From the NCBI GenBank assembly GCA_053919585.1, contig CM132809.1: a stretch of 64,000 nt of DNA, one strand, 5' to 3'. The translations under genes were made by a program, and so were the position numbers. Position 1 is the stretch's first letter; each line of letters opens with the position of its first letter. Positions 1-11,660 of the stretch are shown one piece after another. The notes below the pieces were generated by a model. The model searched no databases. It worked only from the letters and a program-made list of their open reading frames with translations, and was not told where the DNA came from. The DNA comes from Euprymna scolopes (lineage: Eukaryota).

Positions 1-34
1 ATTAGTAGTTTAAAAAAACTTTGAATAAACATAT

Positions 35-550
35 TTTCATATCTCCAAATTCATCCTCGAGCACTCGACGTATTTCGCTTCTGGAATGGTGTGAGAAACC
101 TGGGAATTCTTCTGGCAGATACCTTTTGGATATGCAAATCCTCCTGAAGGATAGTTTCCACAGACTCTGCACTTATCTTGAAATCTTGGGATATTTGGCG
201 AAAAGTAATGCACAAATCTTCCAAAATGGCACCTTAAACTTGACGGACAGATGCCTCATCAATGGTAGAAGGGGGGGAATAGGTCTGGGAGCTGTTTACA
301 CAGACTTCTGGTCATGTTTTAATTCACTATGCCAGCGTTTTACAAGGTCATATGATGGGGCATCATCACCATCAGTTTCTTTGGTTTCATCAAAAGTCTC
401 CTGTGGTGTGCCTCCTTTTAAATAAAAAAAATCGGATCACTGCTCGACATTCATCAGGCTCCATTTAACACCTGCCTCCGTTCAAACACCTGTAAAACAG
501 AAACCACATTAGTTCAGAGCTGTAATTTTCCACATGACCCGTAGAAATAG
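35..550 (-). mobile_element. mariner transposon 5' fragment (decayed transposase N-terminal HTH region)
   Basis: Minus strand from ATG at 464 reads MEPDECRAVIRFF/YLKGGTPQETFDETKETDGDDAPSYDLVKRWH..., a typical mariner HTH N-terminus, with frameshifts and stops. Confidence 0.8.
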
Positions 551-704
551 NNNNNNNNNNNNNNNNNNNNNNNNNNNNNNNNNNNNNNNNNNNNNNNNNN
601 NNNNNNNNNNNNNNNNNNNNNNNNNNNNNNNNNNNNNNNNNNNNNNNNNNNNNNNNNNNNNNNNNNNNNNNNNNNNNNNNNNNNNNNNNNNNNNNNNNNN
701 NNNN

Positions 705-1347
705 TCAGTAATTTTGTACGGATATCTTAAGTGTTGTAGATTATTGGAAATTATGTTGATCTTATGATATGACTTACCAATTTCCATGATTAAGATTCAA
801 ATTGACAGATTGACCAGGAATACCAAAGTTAGCTTTTAGCAGCTGGTAAGTTTCACAAACTGCTATATGTTCATGTGAACACCTAAGAAGAACGGCATCC
901 AGTTTCTCAGACAGCTTTTAGATTATCTCCTCTTAACCTGCAAAGTGATTGGAAAAAGCACGGTGTTTGACGGATGCGCACAAATTTGGGAAAAGAAAGG
1001 AAGTCAGAACTATGAATTATTGCACAAATAAATGATTTCAAGAAAAGTGTTCACTCTCCCTATAGTCCAAATCTTACTCCCTGTCACATAAATTATTCTC
1101 TTATCACAAGGAACACCTATAACCATGTGATCATGAGACAAGGTAACGTATGAAAGAAGCTGTGACGAGGGTTATAACACGCTCACAAACTATGAGCTCC
1201 ATGTAGTCTTCCACAAGTTCTTAGAACGGTTCAAGTACATTGCCACCAAAGGAGATAATCTCAAATGTGATAAGAGTTAAATGTGCTTATTATCAAAAAA
1301 AGTGACAAAACAAAAAATGTTTGAGTACTGATTGAACAACGTCGTAT
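705..1347 (+). mobile_element. internally deleted mariner remnant
   Basis: The 3' part encodes a decayed HSPYSPNLTPC (YSPDLAP motif) and MKEAVTRV..FHKFLER C-terminus, ending in TIR-like ...aacgtcgTA. The 5' part is homologous to 62955-63345 (-). Confidence 0.65.
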
Positions 1348-1570
1348 ATTAAAACTGGATTTAATTTTCGTTGGGTAAAACTATTTTTTCTGAATGAGTA
1401 AGTATCTGGAGAAAACCAAATTCACAAACGTCCCCAGGGCCCATGCATATATTTGACGAAAAAAATACAATCTTAGATATGTATAGTGTTTGCATGGACG
1501 TGCCCTTCACAAATGTACCCGCTCATGATGTACTTACCAAGTTTAATCTTAATTAATGATATAACGGGGA

Positions 1571-1574
<4 letters not shown>

Positions 1575-1660
<86 letters not shown>

Positions 1661-1690
1661 ATTGTCGCGTCTGTGTGTCTGTGTGTGTGT
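1575..1690. repeat. compound (CT)n-(TA)n-(GT)n microsatellite, representative of about 40 similar tracts
   Basis: Directly visible. Others include 2609-2700, 4785-4861, 12799-12875, 16622-16694, 37925-37992 and 52989-53058; (AAT)n at 5840-5893, 7588-7623, 36948-37020 and 61091-61139. Confidence 0.98.
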
Positions 1691-1759
1691 AAATTTTCCT
1701 ATTAAATTACTCCATTAATGTTTTCTATATTTACTGGCGATTTTAAATGAGGGGAATAC

Positions 1760-2305
1760 AGATTTGGGAAAATATTTTTAGTCCGTTTTCGGCAAGTCAA
1801 GTGGTGAGGTTCTCCTCGTTTGATTTTAGCTCTGAACACTTGATATTAAGGTGTAGTTTACTTCGACAGAAATAAACCGTTTTTTATTTCATTTGAGCCC
1901 CAAAAATTAAAGAGTGCTAAATTGGGGCTTAAGTTTAACAAAATATGTTTGCGGCATATACCAAATTACTCAGACAATTTTTGATTTGCATATGAAATTT
2001 TACGTAAAGTGCATTCAAAAATACAAGTTTTTAATCAGTTTTTGCCCGAAAATGTGGATGTCAAGGGGATAAAGTTTAAAAAAAAAAATTGGGCTTTGCG
2101 ATCTCTCAAAAAATATTCAACGAATTTTGGGTCTAAATTTTTAAATTTTATCTTAAAGGTCATTTAGTCATGCAGAAAGCATTTTAATCAGTTCTTGGGC
2201 GAAAATAAAGCTGGCAAGAGGACAAAGTTGAAAGAGATTCCCTTTGTACACTATACGAAACTCCACCATTCTTGGTCCTATAAGTTAAACTTTTTCATGT
2301 AGGTT
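1760..2305. repeat. degenerate tandem subrepeats of about 155 bp (probable interior of a non-autonomous DNA element)
   Basis: Motif ttttaatcagtt(t/c)ttg(c/g)(c/g)cgaaaat...caag(g/a)gga(t/c)aaagtt recurs at about 2025 and 2180, with a weaker copy at about 1775. Confidence 0.4.
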
Positions 2306-2494
2306 ACNNNNNNNNNNNNNNNNNNNNNNNNNNNNNNNNNNNNNNNNNNNNNNNNNNNNNNNNNNNNNNNNNNNNNNNNNNNNNNNNNNNNNNNNNNNNN
2401 NNNNNNNNNNNNNNNNNNNNNNNNNNNNNNNNNNNNNNNNNNNTCTAGCCGTACTTATGAGATGTGCAACAACGAAACAGTACTGTGTGTGGAT

Positions 2495-2528
<34 letters not shown>

Positions 2529-2607
2529 GCGTGGGTTTGTGAGTGTGTGTATGCCTATTAAGAAATGAACAGTAAATATGACCCACGCAAACCGTGTTGA
2601 ACTGCTC

Positions 2608-2692
<85 letters not shown>

Positions 2693-2700
2693 TGAGTATA

Positions 2701-3062
2701 TATAATTATTTCCACAGGCATACAATGTCGCAGCCATAACAACTAACAAACTGGAAGTCAAAGACTAGACTTTCATCCTCATTTCGGCTAATTAGTTAAC
2801 CATATCGTAATCCGTGATTTTAAACCTTTCATGCGAGGCAAGTATTCTACCTACTGAACTAACGCTCCGCACTAAAGACATTCTGTTAACTCAATCGCGC
2901 CGAAATACGACTGTTGAATGGGCCTACTTCGTCTCTGCAAAAACCAGACGCGGTCAACCAACAAGCTAATAACTCAATGCTGATGTCTCACAAATAGGAA
3001 TTTTAAACACCCGAAGAAGATGGCATCCAGGAATGTAAACCTAGCGAGCAATTAGTAGTAGA
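2701..3062 (-). mobile_element. tRNA-headed hammerhead repeat (Sm-alpha-like SINE/retrozyme), copy 1, inverted
   Basis: Minus strand order: leader (3062-2871), tRNA-Ala-like head TAGTTCAGTAGGTAGAATACTTGCCTCGCATG (2870-2805), decayed HHR CTAATTA...GAGGAT GAAAG TCTA GTC TTTGA (2800-2758), tail ending ggaaataattata next to TA/CA microsatellite. Confidence 0.75.
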
Positions 3063-3264
3063 ATATAGTTTCATCATTTGGCAGAGTGCTTGCCTCACAT
3101 GTACGAAGCCCTGATTTCGACTCCCGGTGTACATGTATCTAACTGATGAGAATAAACGAGGGCGAGACATTAGTCTTGAATTTCCGGTTTGTTGGCTGTA
3201 ATCGCTCTTTGTTAGACGCGACATAGTGTCACTGCAGAAATAAGTGTACATAGTCTCTCACATG
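3063..3264 (+). mobile_element. tRNA-headed hammerhead repeat, copy 2
   Basis: tRNA-like GGCAGAGTGCTTGCCTCACATGTACGAAGCCCTGATTTCGACTCCCGG, then TCTAA-CTGATGA-G..C-GAGAC-ATTA-GTC-TTGAA, then the shared tail tttccggtttgttggctg. Confidence 0.75.
3138..3180 (+). ncRNA. type I hammerhead ribozyme motif (degenerate)
   Basis: Intact CTGATGA at 3143-3149, GAGAC in place of GAAAC, GTC cleavage triplet at 3173-3175, imperfect stem I TCTAA/TTGAA. Confidence 0.7.
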
Positions 3265-3660
3265 CTAAAATTTATACTAGTAATTGCTCGCTAGGTTAGA
3301 ATTTCTGGTTAGCATAGGCTGGCCGAATCAAACATTCCTACTTGTGAGACATCAGCTGGGGGGGTGTTAGCTGGTTGAGTATCGCGTTTCTTTTGTCGAG
3401 ACGAAGTAGGTCCTTTACAAAGTCGTATTTCGTCGAGGTGTGCTGGTTCTGTGTTAGTTACTATAATTTCTTGTGTGAGGGGTGTTTGTTCAGGCGACAG
3501 ACTGCTTGCTAGCATGCAAGAGGCTCTGGTTTCGATTTCCGGGTTCGGATATCTCTAACTGACTAAATGAGGACAGCCCTCGAGTCTTGGATATCCGGGT
3601 TCTTGGCTGCCATGGTTCTTGTGGGTTTCGACGTTCTTTATCTATGGAAATAATTATATA
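3265..3660 (+). mobile_element. tRNA-headed hammerhead repeat, copy 3 (tandem to copy 2)
   Basis: Leader 3265-3476 is the reverse complement of 2871-3062. tRNA-Ala-like GGGGTGTTTGTTCAGG..GCTTGCTAGCATGCAAGAGGCTCTGGTTTCGATTTCCGGG at 3477-3545. HHR TCTAA-CTGA[deletion]CTAAATGAGGAC-AGCCC-TCGA-GTC-TTGGA at 3554-3591. Tail ends ggaaataattata into (TA)n. Confidence 0.75.
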
Positions 3661-3722
<62 letters not shown>

Positions 3723-4781
3723 AATGAACGGATAAAAACATGTAAAATAAGAAGAATAGGTGATACCTCTCCAACAGCTTTTTGGGGAGAAGGGGTATAA
3801 GGAGAAGAGGCTATTCTCCATATATTGAGCAATTTTGGTTGTCCTAGTCCTTAAAAACATCCACTCCCCGAACGAATCAAAACAATGTCCTTTCAAAAGA
3901 TTTCGAAGCGAGTGCCCGTGCGACCGCAAAACAAAAAAAAAAAAAATTAGCAGCGTAGAAAGGCTCAAAAATAGAAAATGTAATTTGCAAAGTACTTGCG
4001 AATTCTATCACGAGGACCTATGGCGGTTTGTAATTGAAAAAATACCATAACTTGGGAAAAATTTAAAAACAAAATTGATTTCCTTTCATTGGTTTTTATC
4101 TTGTTCAACCACTTGTTTCGCTGGCCATTTTCCCGTAAATAAAGGACATCTTCGATTTGTTTAGTGTTTGTTTTTGCTTTTTTATTTCTGAATATGTGAC
4201 TTAAGTTTCAATTTCCTGAAGACTCGCCGATTCTGCATAGTACTTTCAAAAATAAAAAAACAAAAAAAAACAAAGGAATCCTTTTAGTTTATTGGTAAGT
4301 GAATTTTTGTAATATTTAAAAAAATCAAAACATTTTATGTGTTCACTTAATTATTTTTTCATGCTAGTAACCTATTGAGATTGACAAATTATAATATTTG
4401 ATGAAGAGATTTGTTACATATTTCGAATTTCCCAGGAAAACAAATCTTCACGTTTTCTTTGAAAAGTCGACCTTGATATTCTAATTCCAAATGAATTAAA
4501 TAAAATATATTATCAATATAATTGCTATTAAAGTTGATAAAAAGGCAGTAGTTAATAAAAAAAACATCTAAAAAGAGTCTCTCGTTAGAAAAAAGTATAT
4601 GTATTAAAAAAGGAATGAAGAGATTGCATATTTCTTGAGGCGAGGTTTCGAATGAAGCAGATTTAATTTTTTTTTTATCATATTTTCCCTTTTGGCAATA
4701 GTTTCAACCATATTTTTTAATAAAGATTCGATACAATGCGTAAACGCTTACTTTCTTAAGGTATCATATGATTTTGACCAG

Positions 4782-4861
<80 letters not shown>

Positions 4862-4866
<5 letters not shown>

Positions 4867-5034
4867 TTTACTTGTTTACTCGTTCCCCCCTTTTTCTCTT
4901 TATTTCGACATTATGTTATTTAATTTTTATACTATCGATTCTCTCCTGACGAGATGATAGTCGAAAGAGCTTTTGAGAGATTTCCACCCTTTTTATTTAA
5001 ATGTATATATAAATTGTGTACCTCCAAACATTTA

Positions 5035-5040
<6 letters not shown>
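4862..5040 (+). mobile_element. solo Penelope pseudo-LTR fragment between two (TA)n tracts
   Basis: Homologous to 18236-18375 (-) and 36106-36250 (+); carries a hammerhead. Confidence 0.65.
4940..4980 (+). ncRNA. minimal type I hammerhead ribozyme
   Basis: TCTCTC-CTGACGA-GA TGATAG TC-GAAA-GAGCTT-T-T-GAGAGA. Core intact, perfect 6-bp stem I, 2-bp stem II, near-palindromic helix III. Confidence 0.85.
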
Positions 5041-5105
<65 letters not shown>

Positions 5106-5164
5106 TCCTTTACTAGATCATTTTCCGAACGCTTTTCTCGAGTGAAAAACTAAATTGTCCATAA

Positions 5165-5205
5165 TCGCGAACGTTTGCGACTTCCATTGGTAATCCTCAC
5201 GCGAG
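5165..5205 (-). ncRNA. hammerhead motif in the inverted pLTR (degenerate)
   Basis: Minus strand CTCGC-GTGAGGA-TTACC AATGGA AGTC-GCAAAC-GTTC-GCGA, the mirror of 7196-7234. Confidence 0.55.
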
Positions 5206-5838
5206 TAGTAAAAATAAACAATGCAATTGACAAATGAAAATAACGAGATCATATAAAAAGGCGATTAAAAAACAATTAAAATCGCTTAAAATTACTGAAA
5301 TGCTCATAAGCACATAGGTGTGCGCTCCGTTTCATTTGAAATCTGGTTAAGCGTTGGTGTAATGATGTGGATTAGCAATGCCTCAAAATTGGGGGGCGCA
5401 CTTCGCAATATGAGACAGTTAGAATGGCCGTGTTTTTCACTAATATGTGTCTAAATTCAGTTTTATGGGTGTGGTAGGCTATGAGGTGTTGATAGATTAA
5501 ACTATTCGGGGAGGATTGGTGACATGTTACACGACAGATGTTGCTGGTTCGAGTCATGCCAATGTATGGATTATTTTTGGAGGCACATTTTCGTATGCGA
5601 CATTTAAAGACGTGCACAACATTTCTAGGCTTAAGCATACTGACATCGGATATATGGTTATTTTTTATAAGTAATAGGCTAGTTTTATTTATTTATTGTT
5701 TTGTAATAAATAATAAATCTTATTTTAGAGTTTTTTTTCCGTGGTAAAGGCAGGTTTGTGTCTGATAATTTTTTTCATCTAATTTGTAATTCTCGTGCAT
5801 CTGGTTGCAATAATATATGTTAATGTTATTATCGCTGC

Positions 5839-5896
<58 letters not shown>

Positions 5897-7195
5897 ATTT
5901 TTATTAATGGTAGTTAAAAAGTGTCTAATCTGATGGTAAACTATGTAATTTGGGAAGACGTTATACTTCTATTAACGAAACACTTAGACAATTTAATAAA
6001 CATTTAAACCGATCTTAAAAATAATTACATACTACATTTCACACGTAAAACATATATAAACAATAGTAGTCCCTTTCTCGATACAGAAATAAAAATCGAC
6101 ACCGATAAATTTATTACTCACTCAGACAAAAAACCTACCAGTATGGAATCATGCCGCCTCAATTATAAAAAGCGAATATCCTGATAGATACAAAATACCG
6201 TCGTAAAAAATCTCATCTACAGAACTAAACGTAATTCTTCCACTGATGAAATATTCTATAAATAACTTTCTAAAGTAAAACAAATTCTTATCGATAACGG
6301 CTTCTAAAACTATATAGTTGACTAGCAGATAAGACACTTTTTAACTACCANNNNNNNNNNNNNNNNNNNNNNNNNNNNNNNNNNNNNNNNNNNNNNNNNN
6401 NNNNNNNNNNNNNNNNNNNNNNNNNNNNNNNNNNNNNNNNNNNNNNNNNNNNNNNNNNNNNNNNNNNNNNNNNNNNNNNNNNNNNNNNNNNNNNNNNNNN
6501 NNNNNNNNNNNNNNNNNNNNNNNNNNNNNNNNNNNNNNNNNNCGATAATAACATTAGCATATATTATTGTAACCAGGTGCATGAGAATTACAAATTAGAT
6601 GAAATAATAATAAAAAATATCGTACACAAACATATCTTAACAACGAAAAAAAAGTTCTAAAATAAGATTTATTATTTATTATAAAAAAATTAAAACTAAC
6701 CAATTACTAATTCATAATAACCCTACATCACATTGCAGTATGCTGAAAACTAGAAATGTGTACGTCTTTAAATTCCCAATAGGAGTATGTGTCTCAGAAA
6801 ATAATCGTGCATTGGCATGACACGAACCAGCATCTCCCGTCGTTTAACATATCACCTGTCTTCCCCGAATAGTTCAATCTATCAGCATCTCATAGCACAC
6901 CCCGCCGATACAACTGAATTTAGACACATATTTATTAAAAAAAAAAACACGGCCATTTTAACCGTCTCATATTTCTAGGTGCGCCTCCCAGTCTTTGAGT
7001 CATTGTTAATCAACATTAATACACCAACGATTAACCAGTATCAAACTGAAACGGAGGGAAAGCCTAAGTGCTTATGAGCATTTTAGTGATTTTAAGTGAT
7101 TTTAATTTTCTTTTAATCGTCTTTTCATGGTATTTTCATTTCATCTCTCTATTTTCATTTTTCAATTTCATTTTTTATTTTTTTATTTTTTACTA

Positions 7196-7234
7196 CTCGC
7201 CTGAAGATGACCAATGGAGGTCGAAACCTCGCAA
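7196..7234 (+). ncRNA. hammerhead motif in pLTR
   Basis: CTCGC-CTGAAGA-TGACC AATGGA GGTC-GAAAC-CTC-GCAA. Core and 4-bp stem II intact; the mirror copy restores stem I TCGC/GCGA. Confidence 0.7.
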
Positions 7235-7588
7235 TTATAAGGGCATTTTTTTTTTACTCGGAAGAAACGTTCGGAAAATTGTCCGACAAAGAAAAAGGCG
7301 GGTTACAAGAAAAAAAAGTAAGAGGTTGCAGTGCTGTTTAATGAAATATCCATAAAAGAATAAATGCTGTCCANNNNNNNNNNNNNNNNNNNNNNNNNNN
7401 NNNNNNNNNNNNNNNNNNNNNNNNNNNNNNNNNNNNNNNNNNNNNNNNNNNNNNNNNNNNNNNNNNNNNNNNNNNNNNNNNNNNNNNNNNNNNNNNNNNN
7501 NNNNNNNNNNNNNNNNNNNNNNNNNNNNNNNNNNNNNNNNNNNNNNNNNNNNNNNNNNNNNNNNNNNNNNNNNTGAAGCTATCATGAA

Positions 7589-7624
<36 letters not shown>

Positions 7625-7899
7625 CATCGAAAGTTTAAGCAAACTAAATGTATTTAAAATATATCTAGTTTTTTTACATGACGGGAATGCATTTTCTGTG
7701 AGATGCGCAGGTTCGTATACAGAGTTTTGCTATTTACAGAAGCTGGACTTATTACAATTCGCAATAAAATTGTGTCAAGAAAATTGAATTTTTTTCTGCA
7801 AATACGGTTTCATATAATGTTGAAAGTCTTTAAAGCATCTATCGCATTACAGCTAAAAAAATAAAGCGAAAGGGGATGCATAATTTACAGTTGTATTTA

Positions 7900-8800
7900 T
7901 TAGCAAATTTATGAGTGAGAAATATATTGTGTTGTTTTCCAGCATATGAAATTTAAACTTACTGAGTAATTAGAATCTCTTTACAGCATGCTTCGAAAAA
8001 CAAAAACCTATAATTTTCCAAATGTAAGAAAAAATATATACTCCGAGTAAAACGAATGTGGCAGTAAATGAATGTAACACATTGCTTAGTTTCAGATATA
8101 TAAAGGCCAGAGAAAACAGGAAAGTCAGGCACATTAATTAGACTGTTGAATACTGAAATCGCTGACCTTACACTACAGCATTTGTAAAAATTATTTCGTA
8201 TATTTTTGAACATATAGGTTGAACTGTTTCCTATACTTGATCAAAATGATAAAACTGTCATCCCTTACTACGTTATCAATGATGAATTTCAATATTACTC
8301 TTTAAACAATTCAGTAAGATCACTTAGTTATGGATAAGTCTGCCTAGATATTTTTACCTTCAAGTTGGGATTGCATAATTTTTGAATGACAATAATGTAT
8401 TCACTGCTTTTTCTAACATACGTGAATAGTTGTAGCAGCTTGCTTTTACAGCGGATTCAACCAAGTCCTTTTCTCAGGTGTCAATTAATTTGCGATTTGT
8501 TCTCAAAGATTACAGCGTTTCGCTAGCCAGTATTACTTAATACTTAGCTCACAAAAAGTTATCTCGTCAAGTTTCCAGGTGGTGACAATATAGCCAAGAA
8601 GATACGACTAATTTCACAAGTTTGTTTACTCAATATACCGTTTCAGGTAAAAAAATAAGAACCCATTAACGTTGTACTGATATTGATGCATTTATATTAA
8701 ATTGAAAACATTGAACGTTTTTTTGGACTTTGTCTTTAATATGTTCCTTCGTTTTTCCAAAGGAAAATATTGATTTGAACTGAAAGTACATTTAGACGGA
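7900..8800 (-). mobile_element. possible highly decayed hAT (Charlie/Buster-like) transposase remnant
   Basis: Only weak motif echoes on the minus strand (MQSQLEGKN, PDFPV, LLPHSFY), with many stops. Confidence 0.3.
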
Positions 8801-10129
8801 AACATTTAACGGAAAACTGGAATGTATGTTTTCTTTAACTAACAGATATGTCTGTCTCATTGTAATTAATTGCGGCATTTGTCATTATGCATTTGTGTGA
8901 GAATTAAATGTTCGCACATGAAATACACATGTATTGATCAAACTATTTCTCATATTTTTAGTTTTTTTTCTTTGGAATGTTCCGGTCGGATTGGTGTTCA
9001 ACTGTTCTCAGGTATCTTAGCTGTTTTCTTTAGAAAAAAAGGGGAAATTACCGACTGTGTGATATTTTCGTAATCATTCAGTTAATTTCATTTGATGATT
9101 ATTGTTTTCTACCACCTAAAACGCCACGTTTCTGATTGTAGAGATAAGTTATATCTTATCGGATAAGTTTGATTAATTGGACTACTGCTCTTATGTTTAT
9201 TATCATTTTCATGCCAGTTGGGTGGATGAAACTCCAATCTTCGTAGAGACAGTGACGCTGTGGATAGGGAATTGTAAACCCAATTTAAATGGTTGAATTC
9301 TCTTAAGGGTTTATAGTTCAATATAAAGTTTAGGAACACGAGAGGTCCATGCTATCGCCGTGAAGTAAATAAATTTTCCGTGCTAAAATCTCTACTATGT
9401 TCTACAGAAACATTACTTAGTCCGACAATAAAATCCTGCAGAAATTCGGAAGATACATCGTCTGAAATATCGTGTAAACAAAACTGAAGATAGGGTAGGC
9501 AGTCCAATGGATTCAAATAATACAGATAACCTCAAACCTTTGTTTAGAAAAAAACACATGAAAAAATATTCACTCCGTGCTACAATAGATGGAATAATAT
9601 ATTTTTTCATAGTCTCATCGTCTCTACGGTTACTAAAAATAAATTTACTGATCTAGAGAAATAGTGTCGTTAGCAGATGAAAGATTAAAGATGAAAGATT
9701 AAATACACTTTTTCTCCTACCGCATATTATTTCTTCTATGGATATTATACTACGTAGTTTTGCTAAATGTAAGGTGCTGTAACTTAATGACGTTTCTTCT
9801 TGACAAACGCATATGAATATATAATAAAAGATAAGTATATNNNNNNNNNNNNNNNNNNNNNNNNNNNNNNNNNNNNNNNNNNNNNNNNNNNNNNNNNNNN
9901 NNNNNNNNNNNNNNNNNNNNNNNNNNNNNNNNNNNNNNNNNNNNNNNNNNNNNNNNNNNNNNNNNNNNNNNNNNNGGCGGTACAATGCAGAAATAACGGA
10001 GAGACACCAGCTGAAGAAGGTGCTACATTTATTAATACAACTTATAAATACATGTGTACATATTCATATTTCATATACGAAGTATATCTATATTTGCACA
10101 GTGGTCACCTGAGAATGTCGGTCTGGTGT

Positions 10130-10167
10130 AATATACTATTTCGAGAAAAATCTCTTCGTCAGATATT
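10130..10167 (-). ncRNA. minimal hammerhead motif
   Basis: Minus strand AATAT-CTGACGA-A-GAGA TTTT TCTC-GAAA-TAGT-ATATT. Confidence 0.65.
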
Positions 10168-11622
10168 TACTTGATTTTGACAAACGTGCTGTTGTAAGCA
10201 GTAACTATACCGAAGTTACTCATCGCTCGGAACTTCTGGGTAGTATATGTTGACACCGTACATACACAGTACATCGCATACAGTGAACCAAATGTGAGCA
10301 ATCATACATCGGTTGCTTAGTGAGACACCTGCACATTAGAGTAAAAGAACACATAAAAACACAAGCCTCTTCTGTTCGCAAACACGTTAACACATGCCGC
10401 AACACAAACAAATCTATCAGAGTAGATATTTAAGCCACCGAACGCAATCTTGGCAACCTTCGTATCAAAGAATCAATCCTGATTGCCAAATTACATCCCA
10501 AGATTAATCGCCGACATGAATTAGGCTCTTAATTCTTAACTTAATGCACGCCATCCCACCATTGTATAATACAATTAATAAATAAATTAACAAACAAAAT
10601 AAAATAACAAAATATATCCAAAGTTAAATAAAAATAAACCAAAATAAATAAACGAACCAAATAATAAATAAGCTTTCCCTATTCAAGATTACTCCACATT
10701 AATTATAATAACAGTGTTTAAAAATTAAATAGCAAGCCTAAGATATATGAATTAGATGGTACGAGAATGTGGGCTACATGTATATGACTCATGCAAATTT
10801 ATAAGTTTATATGCCCCAATATAACCCAATTGATTTCTCACAGTAAACCTGACAATATTAATCGCAAATAACAATAAGACATAATACACCAAAAACAGAA
10901 AGCCAAGTTAACTCAAATAAACAAATACATTATAAAATAAAATAAAATACTAAAACTCTCGAATAACACATGGCATGTATAAATAAATAATTATAGTTGC
11001 TATATAATTGAATTAAAGATACAGGAATCCATAAATGAGTATATATACACTACATAAGGAATTTAATAAAATACCCCAGAATGAGAATAATATCACTAAA
11101 ATAAAATCAATAAGCAAACAACTTAATACATAAAAAAGTAATGCAACGTTATACATCTAACTGAGAAGAAACATCGGTAATGATTATCCCTTTAGAGCAA
11201 CTCATCAAGTAGTCTTCCTTGACCAACCGATTTATTCTAAGCATACGCTCCCACCACCTCAAACAGAACGCAGATATACAAACAACAAATAAATTAGTTA
11301 ATTAAATATCCTCAATATAAACATAACTAGTATATAAAAAAAAATAAATTAGAAATGAAAATAAGTAAAAAAAACAAAACAAACTCAGTCATATTAAATT
11401 AAAAAGACACCACCAAGGTCCGGACAATTATTTAGCCCGATACTGTTACCGTTTACTGTTTACAACAACACGTTTGAACCAAAGATAAATTATTATAAAA
11501 GAAAAACAAATAAATAAAGTACAATATAAAATAAGAATTGAGAAAAAACAACCTAAGTGCCGAGCGATGATTTACTGCGGTATAGTTTCTGCTTACAACA
11601 GCATGTTTCTTAAAGTCTAGTA

Positions 11623-11660
11623 AATATCTGACGAATAGATCTGTCTCGAAATATTATATT
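11623..11660 (+). ncRNA. minimal hammerhead motif
   Basis: AATAT-CTGACGA-A-TAGA TCTG TCTC-GAAA-TA-T-T-ATATT. Stem I AATAT/ATATT and a palindromic ATAT helix III. Confidence 0.7.

Larger units (their letters stand above)
5103..7300 (+). mobile_element. Penelope-like element A: 5'-truncated copy (5975-7300 +) preceded by an inverted partial copy (5103-5975 -)
   Basis: 5975-6350 encodes a decayed RT thumb (PFLDTEI...YKSEYPDRYK..NLIYRTKRNSS..ILIDNGF). A GIY-YIG remnant (YIGMTR...SLIYQHL) is in ORF 5372-5638 (-) and mirrored at 6720-7040 (+). The arms are reverse complements. Confidence 0.8.

Noticed and set aside
551-704. N blocks as a biological pattern
   Set aside because: They are gaps or masking. 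Many adjoin simple repeats and their content cannot be inferred.
1473-1692. ORFs with IYIYIY, ERERER, HTHT or poly-X runs, here and throughout
   Set aside because: They are translations of microsatellites or N blocks, not genes.
3066-3128. Functional tRNA-Ala genes at 2805-2870, 3066-3128 and 3477-3545
   Set aside because: Acceptor and T stems are broken, the anticodon-position triplets differ between copies, and all are embedded in a repeat. They are tRNA-derived heads, not tRNAs.
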